Source: a virus (lineage: Duplodnaviria > Heunggongvirae > Uroviricota > Caudoviricetes). Taken from it: a stretch of 59,558 nt of DNA. Below, in pieces: positions 18,360 to 28,594 of this stretch. The stretch is taken from the IMG/VR virus record IMGVR_UViG_3300035498_000944. One strand, given 5' to 3'. The notes below the pieces were generated by a model. It saw only the letters and a program-made list of their open reading frames with translations, ran no database searches and was not told the origin of the DNA. The position numbers were made by a program, and so were the translations under genes. The number at the start of each line of letters is the position of its first letter. Within the stretch, counting starts at the first letter, position 1.

Positions 18360-18731
18360 TTACAGATTGTCTATATCATAGTCTGAAAGTTCTTCATAAC
18401 ACCAGTAGTTATACCAGTAGGCACCTCTTGCCTGACGTCTAACCTTACCAGAACTATAAAGATAATATGAAGCATCTTTTCCTTTAACAATACCCACTAT
18501 TCTGTCGGAGAGAGCATTGGTACCATTTCCAGAAAAATATGCATCGTTTGCTTTATCACGTAGATGTTGTTTATCCACATCTATATAGCCAATATCAGGT
18601 AATATCCAATCTGTACCTTCAGAATCATTAGCTATGTATATTCTAGCAAATCCTGTATATTCAGAATTGCTTATATAACCAATTAATCCAACTTCATTTG
18701 GATCTACCCATTTACAAGATGTTCGTGACAT
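18360..18731 (-). CDS. Hypothetical protein
   Basis: 123-aa ORF abutting the SSB gene. Confidence 0.7.
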   Translation of the reverse strand: MSRTSCKWVDPNEVGLIGYISNSEYTGFARIYIANDSEGTDWILPDIGYIDVDKQHLRDKANDAYFSGNGTNALSDRIVGIVKGKDASYYLYSSGKVRRQARGAYWYNYWCYEELSDYDIDNL

Positions 18732-19295
18732 TTAGACCTCTCCTTGAACATAACATGTACTAACAATAAATTCTGTAGTTTCACGTCTGTCATTATTCTT
18801 ATGTTTAAAATATCTTGTAACAAGTCTGCCTTGCAAAGTGATATTAGAACCAACTTCTATAGCAGCTGTAGCTTCTGCCACTGAATCTTGGCTTACACAG
18901 TATACAGGAATTCTGTTACCTGCAGTTGTTGGAGGTAGCACCGTGAACCTATGGATAAGTTTACCAGATGGCTTGTGTGCCAACTCTTCTTTCTTTCTCA
19001 TTATTCCATGTATCTTAATGAGATTGTCTTCAGGTTTAATCTCATCTGTATACTTGTAAAGCATAACTACAGATACAAATAGACGTACTCCATCAACACA
19101 TCCCAAATCATAAGATACAAGATTACCCTCGAATCTGATGACATCATCGATATTAGGAATAAAATCATAATCTTTTCTTACAAGAACATTTACAACATTC
19201 TTCTTTCTATTAGGATGAGGGAGTCTCAGCTTAAAGGTGTAGTATCTGTCATCCACCTTAAACTCTTTTGGTTCTTCAATAACTATACCAATCAT
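18732..19295 (-). CDS. ssb: Single-stranded DNA-binding protein (tandem OB-fold, Clostridial type)
   Basis: YYTFKLRLP..., VIRFEGNLVSY, NLIKIHG..., IPVYC, VGSNITLQGRLVTRYF...RETTEFIVS pattern of double-OB SSBs. Confidence 0.68.
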   Translation of the reverse strand: MIGIVIEEPKEFKVDDRYYTFKLRLPHPNRKKNVVNVLVRKDYDFIPNIDDVIRFEGNLVSYDLGCVDGVRLFVSVVMLYKYTDEIKPEDNLIKIHGIMRKKEELAHKPSGKLIHRFTVLPPTTAGNRIPVYCVSQDSVAEATAAIEVGSNITLQGRLVTRYFKHKNNDRRETTEFIVSTCYVQGEV

Positions 19296-19304
19296 TATTT
19301 ACCT

Positions 19305-21320
19305 CTATGTGATATTGCCTAAGTTGTTTATTAGGCTTACAACTTCCTTAGCACCAAGTATACCTATAGGTGCAATAAAGTACAGACCGATGGAACATAA
19401 CATTGGAGACATTGCTACGATTGACATCTGCTGTCTTTTCTTTAAAATAGATTCCTGCTGAGCGATTTCTCTCATACGTAACAAATGGTCACGTTCCATA
19501 AGTAAATCACTAAAAGCTTCAGCTATTGATATTTGAGAAACTGTTAACATAAGTTTATCAACAATTCTCTTAAAATCAGGTAATCCTGCTCGGTTCTTTA
19601 ACTCACGTAAAGCCCTGTAGTCATCTGAAGGATAGTTGTGATAGGCTTCAATTAGCAAGTGTTTGAAAACTCGGCTATGTCTTGATAACCAATCCAACAA
19701 ATCTAATGTATCGATAGTTGTGTTCATCATGATACCTATAACTGTTTGTAATTGCAAACAGTCTTCTTCGGCTTCATTCTGAATCATCTTAGTTCTAATC
19801 TTTAGTATGAGATTAGGTACTATCCATCCTAGACCTCCAACAGCTAAGGCTATCCACAACATCCACCATTTCCATTTTACTTTGTCAAGATCTTCTTCTT
19901 TCTGACGAATACGCTCAACCTGTTCCTCACGACGAGCAGACTTCAAACCTGGTGTATTTTGTTTTACAAAGTCTTCAAGTTCTTCATCTGTCATATCTCT
20001 CTTTTGTGAGAAATACATTTCATCTAAAGCTTTTAGCTGTTCAGTCTCTTTATCAGTCAAAGTAGATCCTGACATAATGCCAGATGTTACTACGGAATTA
20101 TAAGTATTATTGTAGCCGATTATTAATGATGCTATAAGAATAATAAGAGTTGCGCTGAAGGCACCAACTGAGAAGTAAAACTTTCTCCAATACAGATATT
20201 TAATATCCAATCTTGATTGAGCACCTTTAAGAAGTTTCAAGTCTCTAGCAAGACTTTTATCGTCTCTGGGCTGTAAAGCAGTTGCAACTGTTTGAACCCA
20301 TTTCTTCTTTATCATCTTTTTATCGAAATCTTCTCTATCATCATATTTAATTGCTACAGGTCTTGTGATGTTCACGATTGTTTTATAAGCAACCATAGAC
20401 ACAACTAGGCATATAATAAGGAATATATAGCCTAATGTACCATCATAGATAGCAGCTGTTCCGGGTATCCTACTAACAAAGAATGCCTTTATGGGTTTAA
20501 GGAATGCCAAAGGAGCTAATGGTAACCACTCAAGTGCACCAAACTGACTCTTTATAAGTCTTATCCTTCGAATCTCCAGATTTACTTCGTTGGTAATCAT
20601 ACCTAAGGCAGTTACGAAAATTGAGTTAGTTCCTGCCTGGGCTGGATCTTCACCTGATTCATTAACAGTATAACACACACCAGCTAAGGTCTGAACTGTC
20701 TTTAAAGGACAAGCATTGTAAAACTCATCCAAGTTCTCTTGGACATTTTCTGATGTTATAACTGTATAGATCTCATCTATAGATCTCTTTATCAGCTTGC
20801 CAGGATTTATAGATTGCAATGCTTCTGGAATTGATCTCAGACGCAAATATTCCTGACGTAACTCTGATAAGGCATCAGCTTCCTCAAACAACATTTTGTA
20901 GTGAAGCTTATCAATATGCTTATTCAAAACGATTTCTTTGAATACGTTAGCATATCCAAGACCTATCAATGTTATAATAAAATCTTTAAACAAGAAAGCT
21001 ATAACAATTGCTGAGCCCAGATAGACTATGGTCGAGTATATCCATATTTGAACTGTAACTATCTTGGCATCAATCTCAGAATATGTAGCCAGTTCACAAA
21101 TACCTTTGTATGTATGTGATAAACTTTGTCTTGTAATTGGATTGGTATCAAGTGCATGATACCACTCCAAATACCTAGTTATACGTATCGCTCTTCGCCT
21201 ACGCATCTGATTATGATAATCGTGTGCGTGATGTCTAGTCCTAGTGTTTAGCAAAGCTAAAGCTAAGACCAAACTTGCTAAAAGTATTATAGCGAATATT
21301 AGCAATAACTTAATATTCAT
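19305..21320 (-). CDS. Fused TadB/TadC-like inner-membrane pilus platform
   Basis: 671 aa multi-TM with two T2SSF-like helical regions; downstream of the CpaF-like ATPase. Confidence 0.7.
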   Translation of the reverse strand: MNIKLLLIFAIILLASLVLALALLNTRTRHHAHDYHNQMRRRRAIRITRYLEWYHALDTNPITRQSLSHTYKGICELATYSEIDAKIVTVQIWIYSTIVYLGSAIVIAFLFKDFIITLIGLGYANVFKEIVLNKHIDKLHYKMLFEEADALSELRQEYLRLRSIPEALQSINPGKLIKRSIDEIYTVITSENVQENLDEFYNACPLKTVQTLAGVCYTVNESGEDPAQAGTNSIFVTALGMITNEVNLEIRRIRLIKSQFGALEWLPLAPLAFLKPIKAFFVSRIPGTAAIYDGTLGYIFLIICLVVSMVAYKTIVNITRPVAIKYDDREDFDKKMIKKKWVQTVATALQPRDDKSLARDLKLLKGAQSRLDIKYLYWRKFYFSVGAFSATLIILIASLIIGYNNTYNSVVTSGIMSGSTLTDKETEQLKALDEMYFSQKRDMTDEELEDFVKQNTPGLKSARREEQVERIRQKEEDLDKVKWKWWMLWIALAVGGLGWIVPNLILKIRTKMIQNEAEEDCLQLQTVIGIMMNTTIDTLDLLDWLSRHSRVFKHLLIEAYHNYPSDDYRALRELKNRAGLPDFKRIVDKLMLTVSQISIAEAFSDLLMERDHLLRMREIAQQESILKKRQQMSIVAMSPMLCSIGLYFIAPIGILGAKEVVSLINNLGNIT

Positions 21321-21326
21321 AAGGAG

Positions 21327-22304
21327 TTATAACCTCCTTTTAATTAGATTTACTAAGTAACTGTTCTGTTGTTTAGTATACTTATTAAAAAACTCCTGTA
21401 ATTTACCTCTATATACCATACCAGAATTAGACACACTTATGGTGACTTCTGGTGTGCTTATCTCAAGGATTTTTCCACCTCTTGTTAATATCTTGACATC
21501 AACATTGAAATCTTCAGGTTTATATTTGCCAACGTATCTGATAGTATCTTTTACAGGTATGCTAGCTTTATTATATTTACCTAATATAGGTACAATAACA
21601 TTACCTTCCTGAATATTTTCTCCTGTTAAGTAACCTTTCATAAACATGTCTGTAGCAAAGCTTACATCATCTGATAATAAAACATTTCTATCAGACTTAC
21701 TTAGAGGGTAAACAAAATCCACTGGGGTCATATTCTTCAAATAAGTCTTCACTAAAGATTTTACTGAAGAATCGTCTACAGGATTAAATGCTACTGAAAT
21801 GGCTGCCTTTGCGAAGAAAGACAATAAAAGTGTTTCGATAGGGCCATTTGCTATCCTACTAACTTCACAGTAATTAGCCATCTTTTTATTGATAACATAT
21901 GGTACTGTTGAATTTAATTTAGCAAGTTTTTGTACCAACTTCTTTGGAACATTATCCTCTGTAATAACATAACGCCCACACTTTATTGTATCATCAGATG
22001 AGTTATATACAACATCGAATACACTTAAGTCTGTAGGAGATGTAGTGTCTATACATATATTTATGGTAGCACGAGAATACTTATTGAATTTTGCTGTACC
22101 AATCACATAAGCACCGACTTCAAATTTAGATCTCTTCTCATTCTGTATATATGTACTTGCAGAATATGCAGGATCTACTATAGCAGGCTTAGCTCTATAA
22201 AGCTTGGATGATACAATTCTAAGGTAATCATTAACCTCATCTTCTTTAACTATAAAAGCAACTGATGCTTTATTAGCAACTAAGAATGAAATTAAACTAT
22301 TCAT
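21327..22304 (-). CDS. Hypothetical protein
   Basis: 325-aa ORF between the ATPase and platform genes. Confidence 0.7.
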   Translation of the reverse strand: MNSLISFLVANKASVAFIVKEDEVNDYLRIVSSKLYRAKPAIVDPAYSASTYIQNEKRSKFEVGAYVIGTAKFNKYSRATINICIDTTSPTDLSVFDVVYNSSDDTIKCGRYVITEDNVPKKLVQKLAKLNSTVPYVINKKMANYCEVSRIANGPIETLLLSFFAKAAISVAFNPVDDSSVKSLVKTYLKNMTPVDFVYPLSKSDRNVLLSDDVSFATDMFMKGYLTGENIQEGNVIVPILGKYNKASIPVKDTIRYVGKYKPEDFNVDVKILTRGGKILEISTPEVTISVSNSGMVYRGKLQEFFNKYTKQQNSYLVNLIKRRL

Positions 22305-22335
22305 CTGTTTAACATCCTCTCTATTGGTTTAAAGT

Positions 22336-24195
22336 CTATTTGTATATGCCTTTCTTTCTAAGAGCTATAAGTTCTGGTGTCATAAACCACTTCTTTAAGA
22401 ACTCTTTGAATTCAGGGGCAGTCTCTGTAGGCATACAATTGAACATATGCTTGAGTATACCACTTGAAGGCATATTTATAGCCTCATAAGTATCAGTAGC
22501 TTTATTATATCTTATGAGGTCATATGTATCAAAAGTCTTTCTATCGGTAGAACGTGTATAATACTCTCTATCAATAATAGCTTTTGAATACTCAAGATTA
22601 TTTGGATCAATCTCTGGGTAAGGTGCTGCTTCATTAAGCTTTACAATTTCTGTAAATCTTTCAATGTAACGTTTACCTGTAGGATCATAATCCAAGTGAA
22701 TATTTAATTTAAGTACATCAACAACCTGGTCCTCGGCTGTTTTAATATTGGTAATATTACCAACGTTAGCAACTGAGTTACGGATAGCATATACCAAGTC
22801 AGGAGCTGTGTTAGCATGGTGAGAGAAAATAGTGAACAGAGAAGCAACCTGTGCTGTCTGAATCATACGCATAGCAACTTCATCTGTTGCAACCTCACCG
22901 AATAGGGATACAGCACCATCAGACTTCTTCAAGGCATCCTGTGCCTGAGCAGCCGTAACGAATTCAGTTTCCTGCAATGACAAGATATTACGCTCAGGAT
23001 ACATTTCACGAAGATAAAGCTCGGGTGCCATTTCTATAACTCTTATGGTGTATCTAGCATCGATATGTTCGATAGCACCAGCCATCATAGTTGTCTTACC
23101 AGAACCCTGTCTACCAGTGAATGCTGTTGTTATCTGACCACACATTAAGTATTTAATCATAAACTCAGCAAGTTCCCAATTTGTAATATAATCTTTCCAA
23201 ACCAACTTATGCAATGATAATGGATTCAATTCAAACTTACGAATGAATACAGCCCAATATTCAGAAAGTGGAGGTCTAACTGCAAGCACACGGGATTTGT
23301 CATACATTGTGTTTACAAGATAACCACGTTTCTCTGTAAGTGGACCAGGGCTATTCCATCTAGCAATAAGCTGTACAATACGTCTGGTTTCTTCCTCATT
23401 TCTCATATCGAGGAATCTAAGGTGAACATATTTACCACCAAAGTTTATCCAAACAGAGTTTTCGGCAAGATGTTCTTTCTTACCAAAATATGAGATAATA
23501 GAACCAGATGTACCTATATTAACACCGTTTATATTCATAGCACGAATCGTATCTATAACACCAAAGCCTTTGTATCTTTGGAACAATAAGATAGCAATTA
23601 TACGAACCATGTCATGGCGTTCTAGAGCTAAATTCTCCAATTTGTAAATATCTCTGATTTCCTCAGCTGTAATAACGTAAGAGTCATGAGTTTCATCTTC
23701 AATGATTCTCTTAGGTCTAGCTAAATCATATTTGTTTATAAATATTTTTAAAGCATCTCTACCATAACCTAAACGCTCACGATAGTGATACATTAAAACT
23801 TCGAACATATAATGAATAGGAAGATATTCAGATGTGAAATCTACAACAGATAAAATATCTTTATCTTCTGGACAATTCTTGTTAACAATATTTACAATAA
23901 GGTCAAGTACAATCTCTTTATCAGAGTCGATACCATAAACACAATTTTTCAATGCATTTACTATGTTGGTTTTGACCTTCAAGGTAGAATACAAATCGGC
24001 ATCGGATATTCCTGAGAATGTATCTTCCTTAACCAATTCTACCATTTCGTCTTTGACAATTGATAAGAGTTTATCCATTGTCATATTGGTTATATTGTAA
24101 TAGTGTTCAGAAGCTTTGCTAGCTCGTCTCACTATAAAAATAACAATAGCTACAATTATCGCAATGGTGCCAAAAGTCATTATAGTGTTTAACAT
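22336..24195 (-). CDS. cpaF: CpaF/TadA-family pilus assembly ATPase
   Basis: Walker A FTGRQGSGKTT, Asp-box IRVIEMAPEL, SLFGEV Walker B, SHHAN His-box. Confidence 0.88.
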   Translation of the reverse strand: MLNTIMTFGTIAIIVAIVIFIVRRASKASEHYYNITNMTMDKLLSIVKDEMVELVKEDTFSGISDADLYSTLKVKTNIVNALKNCVYGIDSDKEIVLDLIVNIVNKNCPEDKDILSVVDFTSEYLPIHYMFEVLMYHYRERLGYGRDALKIFINKYDLARPKRIIEDETHDSYVITAEEIRDIYKLENLALERHDMVRIIAILLFQRYKGFGVIDTIRAMNINGVNIGTSGSIISYFGKKEHLAENSVWINFGGKYVHLRFLDMRNEEETRRIVQLIARWNSPGPLTEKRGYLVNTMYDKSRVLAVRPPLSEYWAVFIRKFELNPLSLHKLVWKDYITNWELAEFMIKYLMCGQITTAFTGRQGSGKTTMMAGAIEHIDARYTIRVIEMAPELYLREMYPERNILSLQETEFVTAAQAQDALKKSDGAVSLFGEVATDEVAMRMIQTAQVASLFTIFSHHANTAPDLVYAIRNSVANVGNITNIKTAEDQVVDVLKLNIHLDYDPTGKRYIERFTEIVKLNEAAPYPEIDPNNLEYSKAIIDREYYTRSTDRKTFDTYDLIRYNKATDTYEAINMPSSGILKHMFNCMPTETAPEFKEFLKKWFMTPELIALRKKGIYK

Positions 24196-24199
24196 ATGA

Positions 24200-24997
24200 T
24201 CACCTCTTTACTCTGTCTCTCTCGAGAATTGAGCAAATTCTCTTCATATCTTCTTTCAGGAAAGGTATTCGAGGGTCATCATTTAATGCAAAGTTAAACA
24301 CATCCTCAATGGAACCACGATTTTGACATTTAGGGATAAAGTAAGAAGATCTTATAGTTATAAGGTCCTTAGGGTTTACACCTAATCGTCTAGCAACATT
24401 CTTAAATGATTCTATCTTAGAATTATACTGATTAAGACAGAATAACACAAGTTTATCTGGATCTTTATTAGATCTTTTTCCTTGATTAGCAGATTCAATT
24501 TGTTGCTTCATTTCTATGGCTTTCTCTATGCAATCCAAGTTGTGATTGATTGCAATAACGACTATTTCTGATTCTCTTAAAACTTCTCTTGAAATCATAG
24601 CATCTTCACTAGAATCAGAATCGATTATTACATGAGCAAAACACTTTTTGAATTGGTTTAACAGATAAGTAAAATACTGAACAGTTTCGCTTTCTGTTAA
24701 GTTCTGAATAGGAGTTGTGTAGTAGTGGAAAGTTTCTGTTATAGCCTCAGTGTAGCAAGGTAAGTCATTCACATTAACACTGTTTGTTTGCAACAATGTT
24801 ACCACTTGTGAAAGTGACTTAGCTATATCAGATTCTTTTGGCAACCTAAACATTGCATTTATGTTATAGGACGTAAAATCTGTATGGGTTAAACATACAT
24901 TTCTACGCTGAGCCATTGCTAATGCAGCAGTTATGAAAACTGCTGCAGTCGTCACACCACATTGTCCTCGCATAGGGGATGTTACACAAATTTTCAT
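24200..24997 (-). CDS. CpaE/TadZ (MinD-like) protein
   Basis: VTSPMRGQCGVTT deviant Walker A; HVIIDSD; adjacent to CpaF. Confidence 0.75.
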   Translation of the reverse strand: MKICVTSPMRGQCGVTTAAVFITAALAMAQRRNVCLTHTDFTSYNINAMFRLPKESDIAKSLSQVVTLLQTNSVNVNDLPCYTEAITETFHYYTTPIQNLTESETVQYFTYLLNQFKKCFAHVIIDSDSSEDAMISREVLRESEIVVIAINHNLDCIEKAIEMKQQIESANQGKRSNKDPDKLVLFCLNQYNSKIESFKNVARRLGVNPKDLITIRSSYFIPKCQNRGSIEDVFNFALNDDPRIPFLKEDMKRICSILERDRVKR

Positions 24998-25579
24998 TTA
25001 CACAAGTTCCCCCTTCTGTTTTAATGTCGTTAATAGTTTAGCTTTAGGAATATGAGTTGCTTTCTCAAGTATAGCCGACATATATCTATTATGTGCACTA
25101 TTATTTATGGGTAACAGTTTTAATTCAGATTCTATTAATTTGAGATCTTTCTCCATAACAGAAGCTGGAACAAATTGTACACCTTGCGTTTTATTCATAA
25201 AGCTAGTTTCGCCTTTTGGAATAAAGGTAGGTATATCAGGTATATCATTTATATCCAACTGCTCCTCATAAAATGGAACATGGTCCATTATGATGGCCAA
25301 GTCTATTGTAGATGGCATAGAAAGGAGACAATCGCAGACTACAAAGTCATAAGATGTTAAATCATGTTCTGATTCGACATAGCTTATATCTTCATCATAG
25401 ATTACGTGAATATCTCCAAATTCAAATTCATCATCAAAATCTGGTGATAATTGTCTATAGCAAGGGTTGCTTGTTATAAAGCAAACCCTTCCCATAAACT
25501 GTAACATACGTAACATTGTATAGATGATATGACGTTTATCACTATGTCCAAAAACACATAAAATCATAAACGTTATCAC
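24998..25579 (-). CDS. Tad-locus protein, possibly a degenerate P-loop fold
   Basis: LCVFGHSDKR...GRVCFIT...FVVCD topology resembles MinD-like proteins without an intact Walker A. Confidence 0.45.
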   Translation of the reverse strand: MITFMILCVFGHSDKRHIIYTMLRMLQFMGRVCFITSNPCYRQLSPDFDDEFEFGDIHVIYDEDISYVESEHDLTSYDFVVCDCLLSMPSTIDLAIIMDHVPFYEEQLDINDIPDIPTFIPKGETSFMNKTQGVQFVPASVMEKDLKLIESELKLLPINNSAHNRYMSAILEKATHIPKAKLLTTLKQKGELV

Positions 25580-25584
25580 CCTTT

Positions 25585-26646
25585 CTATGGATTTAATATT
25601 TCTGCAGAATTGGCAATTTCACCAACTGCATCTTGGTTTGAATCTCCACTTGATGTAGAATCTTCTACATTACTTTCATAAGTTCCTCTAGCATCATCGC
25701 TATCTCCATCACCTTCACCATCTCCGGATGAAGTTGAATTAGCATCCTCCAACTGTTCTTGTTCTTTCTCGAAATTATCAGCAGCAGATTGTACAGCAGC
25801 AGCGAATTTATTCATACCAGACTGTATATTACTGTATCTGTTTTCCAAGCTAGACGCAGGATCAGGATCATATTTTCTGAATGTAGATTCGAATGCCTGT
25901 CTGCTATTCTTAAGTTCATTATAAGCAACAACAGAAAGGTTAGGATCGATTTTCATTAATGTTAAGATATCTGTATTTACAGGATAGAATACAGATGCTT
26001 CTTTTTGCATAGATGGTTCAACATAGATGTTGCTGTAGAGATAGGAAGCACCATCCAAATAATGGTCAATAAGACAAGATTGATATCTATGTATTTCTTC
26101 TTCATCCAAACGCAATCTTAATGTATCTCCATCATTTCTAACGAGTCGTTTCTTAGCAAGTACAACATAATCACAACCCTCAGCTGTTACAAATCTAATG
26201 TCAATATAATCGCCTGCTTTTACACCAACAGGATAGGAATCCAATACAACATCATAGTAACGTAAGGTTGAGGTAATATCTTCGTTTATAAAGATATCGT
26301 TTACCAATGGAGTATTAGCATGAACATCTAACTTATAAATCATATTCTCAACTGTTGTTAGATCTGTTACATAGGACTCATTGATTCCATTGGCAGGTAC
26401 TTCTATCGATGTTACTTTTTCAGCATCAAATACAGAACCATGTCTTATATCTTCACTAGCTACATATATATTAACATAACCACCGAAGGCATCAATCTTA
26501 GACTGGAGTTCCTCATTGGTACTGGTCAAATCTTCAATAGTTTCACGTTGTGTCTTTATCTTATGTACAACCAAGAATATGGTTACACCCAAAGCTACTA
26601 TAAGTAAAACAACGCCAACTATTAGGCCTATACGTTTATTACTCAC
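25585..26646 (-). CDS. CpaB/RcpC-like SAF-domain protein
   Basis: N-terminal TM and coiled coil; SAF-like YVASEDIRHGSVF; PVGVKAGDYIDIRF; acidic tail. Confidence 0.75.
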   Translation of the reverse strand: MSNKRIGLIVGVVLLIVALGVTIFLVVHKIKTQRETIEDLTSTNEELQSKIDAFGGYVNIYVASEDIRHGSVFDAEKVTSIEVPANGINESYVTDLTTVENMIYKLDVHANTPLVNDIFINEDITSTLRYYDVVLDSYPVGVKAGDYIDIRFVTAEGCDYVVLAKKRLVRNDGDTLRLRLDEEEIHRYQSCLIDHYLDGASYLYSNIYVEPSMQKEASVFYPVNTDILTLMKIDPNLSVVAYNELKNSRQAFESTFRKYDPDPASSLENRYSNIQSGMNKFAAAVQSAADNFEKEQEQLEDANSTSSGDGEGDGDSDDARGTYESNVEDSTSSGDSNQDAVGEIANSAEILNP

Positions 26647-26659
26647 GTAAAGTTCCTCC

Positions 26660-27517
26660 TTAATAGACAGCTAGGTAGAAGTTATCCGGTTGCTCCTCTA
26701 AATCTGCCTTTAATTTGTACACAACTGCTATAGGCAAGCAGTTGCTTATTTCTGCAATAGCTACGCCAGTACAACGATTCTTAACATAGCTTATATTGCC
26801 TATAAAAGATAAATCCGAATTATATGTGAACTTAGTATATTCTTTGGGAAGTGTTTTACTTGATAATAAAGCTAAGCTTACATGTGGATTAATCTCTTCT
26901 TTTGCAGGAAATATATTCTCTGGTTTAGGAATAAAAATCTGCAGTGTATAAAATGCTATACATATTGCATCTGTCATATTATCATTCAGACCAATCCAAT
27001 CTGGACGTATAGACATTATATAATTGTAACTACCTTTTACATTTTTCTTATTAAATTCCTTTGGTATCATCTTGGCTTTCCAAGCCCAGTTATTAATGCC
27101 AATACATTTCTTATGACTACCAAATCTCTTTACGCACATATCTTTTATGTGAGCCTGAATTTCATTCAAGACTACCATAGAGATATAACTTCCCTTACTG
27201 TCATCACGCTTTATAACTTGTTCATAAGATAAAAGCTGAATCTGTGTTGCACGTAAATAACTTAATAAAAATTCTTTGAACTCATAGCAGAAGTCTGTAG
27301 TATCCATTCCCGTTCCGGATAACTCTACAACTTTTACTATTTCACCTGATAGCTTCATGATACACACAGCAAAATCCTTCTTGCTGGGATCAATAGAAAC
27401 AATGACAGGACAGTCAATCACTAAAGGATCATCGATTCCATTTCCTAAAGTATAATGACTCTGGGTTTTTCTAAGGCTAGGAAAATCTGTAATTGTTACT
27501 AGCATAAGAACCTCCAC
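26660..27517 (-). CDS. RuvC-like Holliday junction resolvase (phage/plasmid type)
   Basis: RNase H-fold acidic triad VSIDPS, SYEQV, NMTDAICIA; WKAK segment. Confidence 0.75.
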   Translation of the reverse strand: MEVLMLVTITDFPSLRKTQSHYTLGNGIDDPLVIDCPVIVSIDPSKKDFAVCIMKLSGEIVKVVELSGTGMDTTDFCYEFKEFLLSYLRATQIQLLSYEQVIKRDDSKGSYISMVVLNEIQAHIKDMCVKRFGSHKKCIGINNWAWKAKMIPKEFNKKNVKGSYNYIMSIRPDWIGLNDNMTDAICIAFYTLQIFIPKPENIFPAKEEINPHVSLALLSSKTLPKEYTKFTYNSDLSFIGNISYVKNRCTGVAIAEISNCLPIAVVYKLKADLEEQPDNFYLAVY

Positions 27518-27541
27518 CTATGTTATTAATAGAATTAATAT

Positions 27542-27630
27542 GAAAAATGCATAGGCGTATAAATACTTAATATCCTGCTTAGCTTTTATGCATGTAGCAA
27601 TGATCATAAGTGTTACGCCTGCATCTTTTA
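27542..27630 (-). ncRNA. Long irregular stem-loop (candidate structured RNA or terminator)
   Basis: Minus strand ATGCAGGCGTA pairs with TACGCCT(AT)GCAT; inner arms ACTTA/TAAGT, ATC/GAT, TTGCT/AGCAG; followed by TTTTT. Confidence 0.45.
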
Positions 27631-27668
27631 ATATACTACAAATACTGAAGAGATAATCATACATTAAA

Positions 27669-28160
27669 TTACCCCCTTGTATATTTGTCAATAAAATCCT
27701 TTAACATTATGCTCTTATCATAAGGTACTACAGAATGTGACATTATATCATCAAGTTCACAATATATCTTTGGATCTCTTTTAATCTTGGCTATTGTTGT
27801 AGCCTTATACTGTAAAAGAGAATAATCCAAAGACTCTCTAGTTGCCTCAATCTCTCTATCTATAGAAGCTTTTGATACTGTTACAGCTTGAACCTTATAG
27901 AGCCTACCTAAATCTTCTACAGCTTCCTGATAATTCTTTATACCTCTATTCTTCATGTGTATCTGAATAACATTTCCACCAGCTCCACATGAGAAACATT
28001 TACAAAGTTTCTTCTCAGGTGTGTATTTCATAGAAGGATGTCTATCAGGATGGAATGGACAGATAACCCAAGGATTATCATTTAGATCCTCATCCTTACG
28101 AATACAATCCTTCCAATATTTAGGAATCGGCACAGCATTTATTACGTCTGCGGCTCGCAT
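27669..28160 (-). CDS. Stand-alone CHC2 zinc-finger (primase ZBD) protein
   Basis: CPFHPDRHPSM...CKCFSCGAGGNVI; no TOPRIM domain in 163 aa. Confidence 0.85.
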   Translation of the reverse strand: MRAADVINAVPIPKYWKDCIRKDEDLNDNPWVICPFHPDRHPSMKYTPEKKLCKCFSCGAGGNVIQIHMKNRGIKNYQEAVEDLGRLYKVQAVTVSKASIDREIEATRESLDYSLLQYKATTIAKIKRDPKIYCELDDIMSHSVVPYDKSIMLKDFIDKYTRG

Positions 28161-28576
28161 ACTATTAGCATCTTGTCCTTAATTAGTGCCAAACATTCTG
28201 TGGTTGGCTTAATTGATTCAAGGAATTTTATAAGGTCTGTATCAGTCTTCAAGTTATTAATGTTTTTAAGGATTTGTAATTGCATATAGCATAACGCTTC
28301 CATCTCGTCTGGAAGTCTACCTATTGTTCTATAAAGAGCAGTAAGTAATCTATAAGTATTTACACTTATAGGAGTGGTTACAATACGTCCCTGATTATTA
28401 AGAGAAAATGAGGCTGCTGCATCTTCAGTTACAACAGCTTTATAATTGTACTCTAATATAGTTGCTATATCTATAACCTTTCTTTCAGAAACCAAACGAG
28501 GAAGCGTAGGCTTTGCTGATGTAGGTATAGTATACTCCACCAGTTTATGCACATCAAAACGAGTATTTGTGCTCAT
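28142..28576 (-). CDS. Hypothetical protein
   Basis: 144-aa ORF between helicase and CHC2 genes. Confidence 0.7.
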   Translation of the reverse strand: MSTNTRFDVHKLVEYTIPTSAKPTLPRLVSERKVIDIATILEYNYKAVVTEDAAASFSLNNQGRIVTTPISVNTYRLLTALYRTIGRLPDEMEALCYMQLQILKNINNLKTDTDLIKFLESIKPTTECLALIKDKMLIVCEPQT

Positions 28577-28594
28577 AAATTTTCACCTCTACCT

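Noticed and set aside
18230-18360. c-di-GMP riboswitch before the pilin
   Set aside because: Could not match class I or class II consensus elements by eye; an Rfam scan is needed.
18345-18390. Fourth promoter copy (TTCAG...TATAGT) before the pilin
   Set aside because: Several mismatches and an 18-nt rather than 19-nt spacer.
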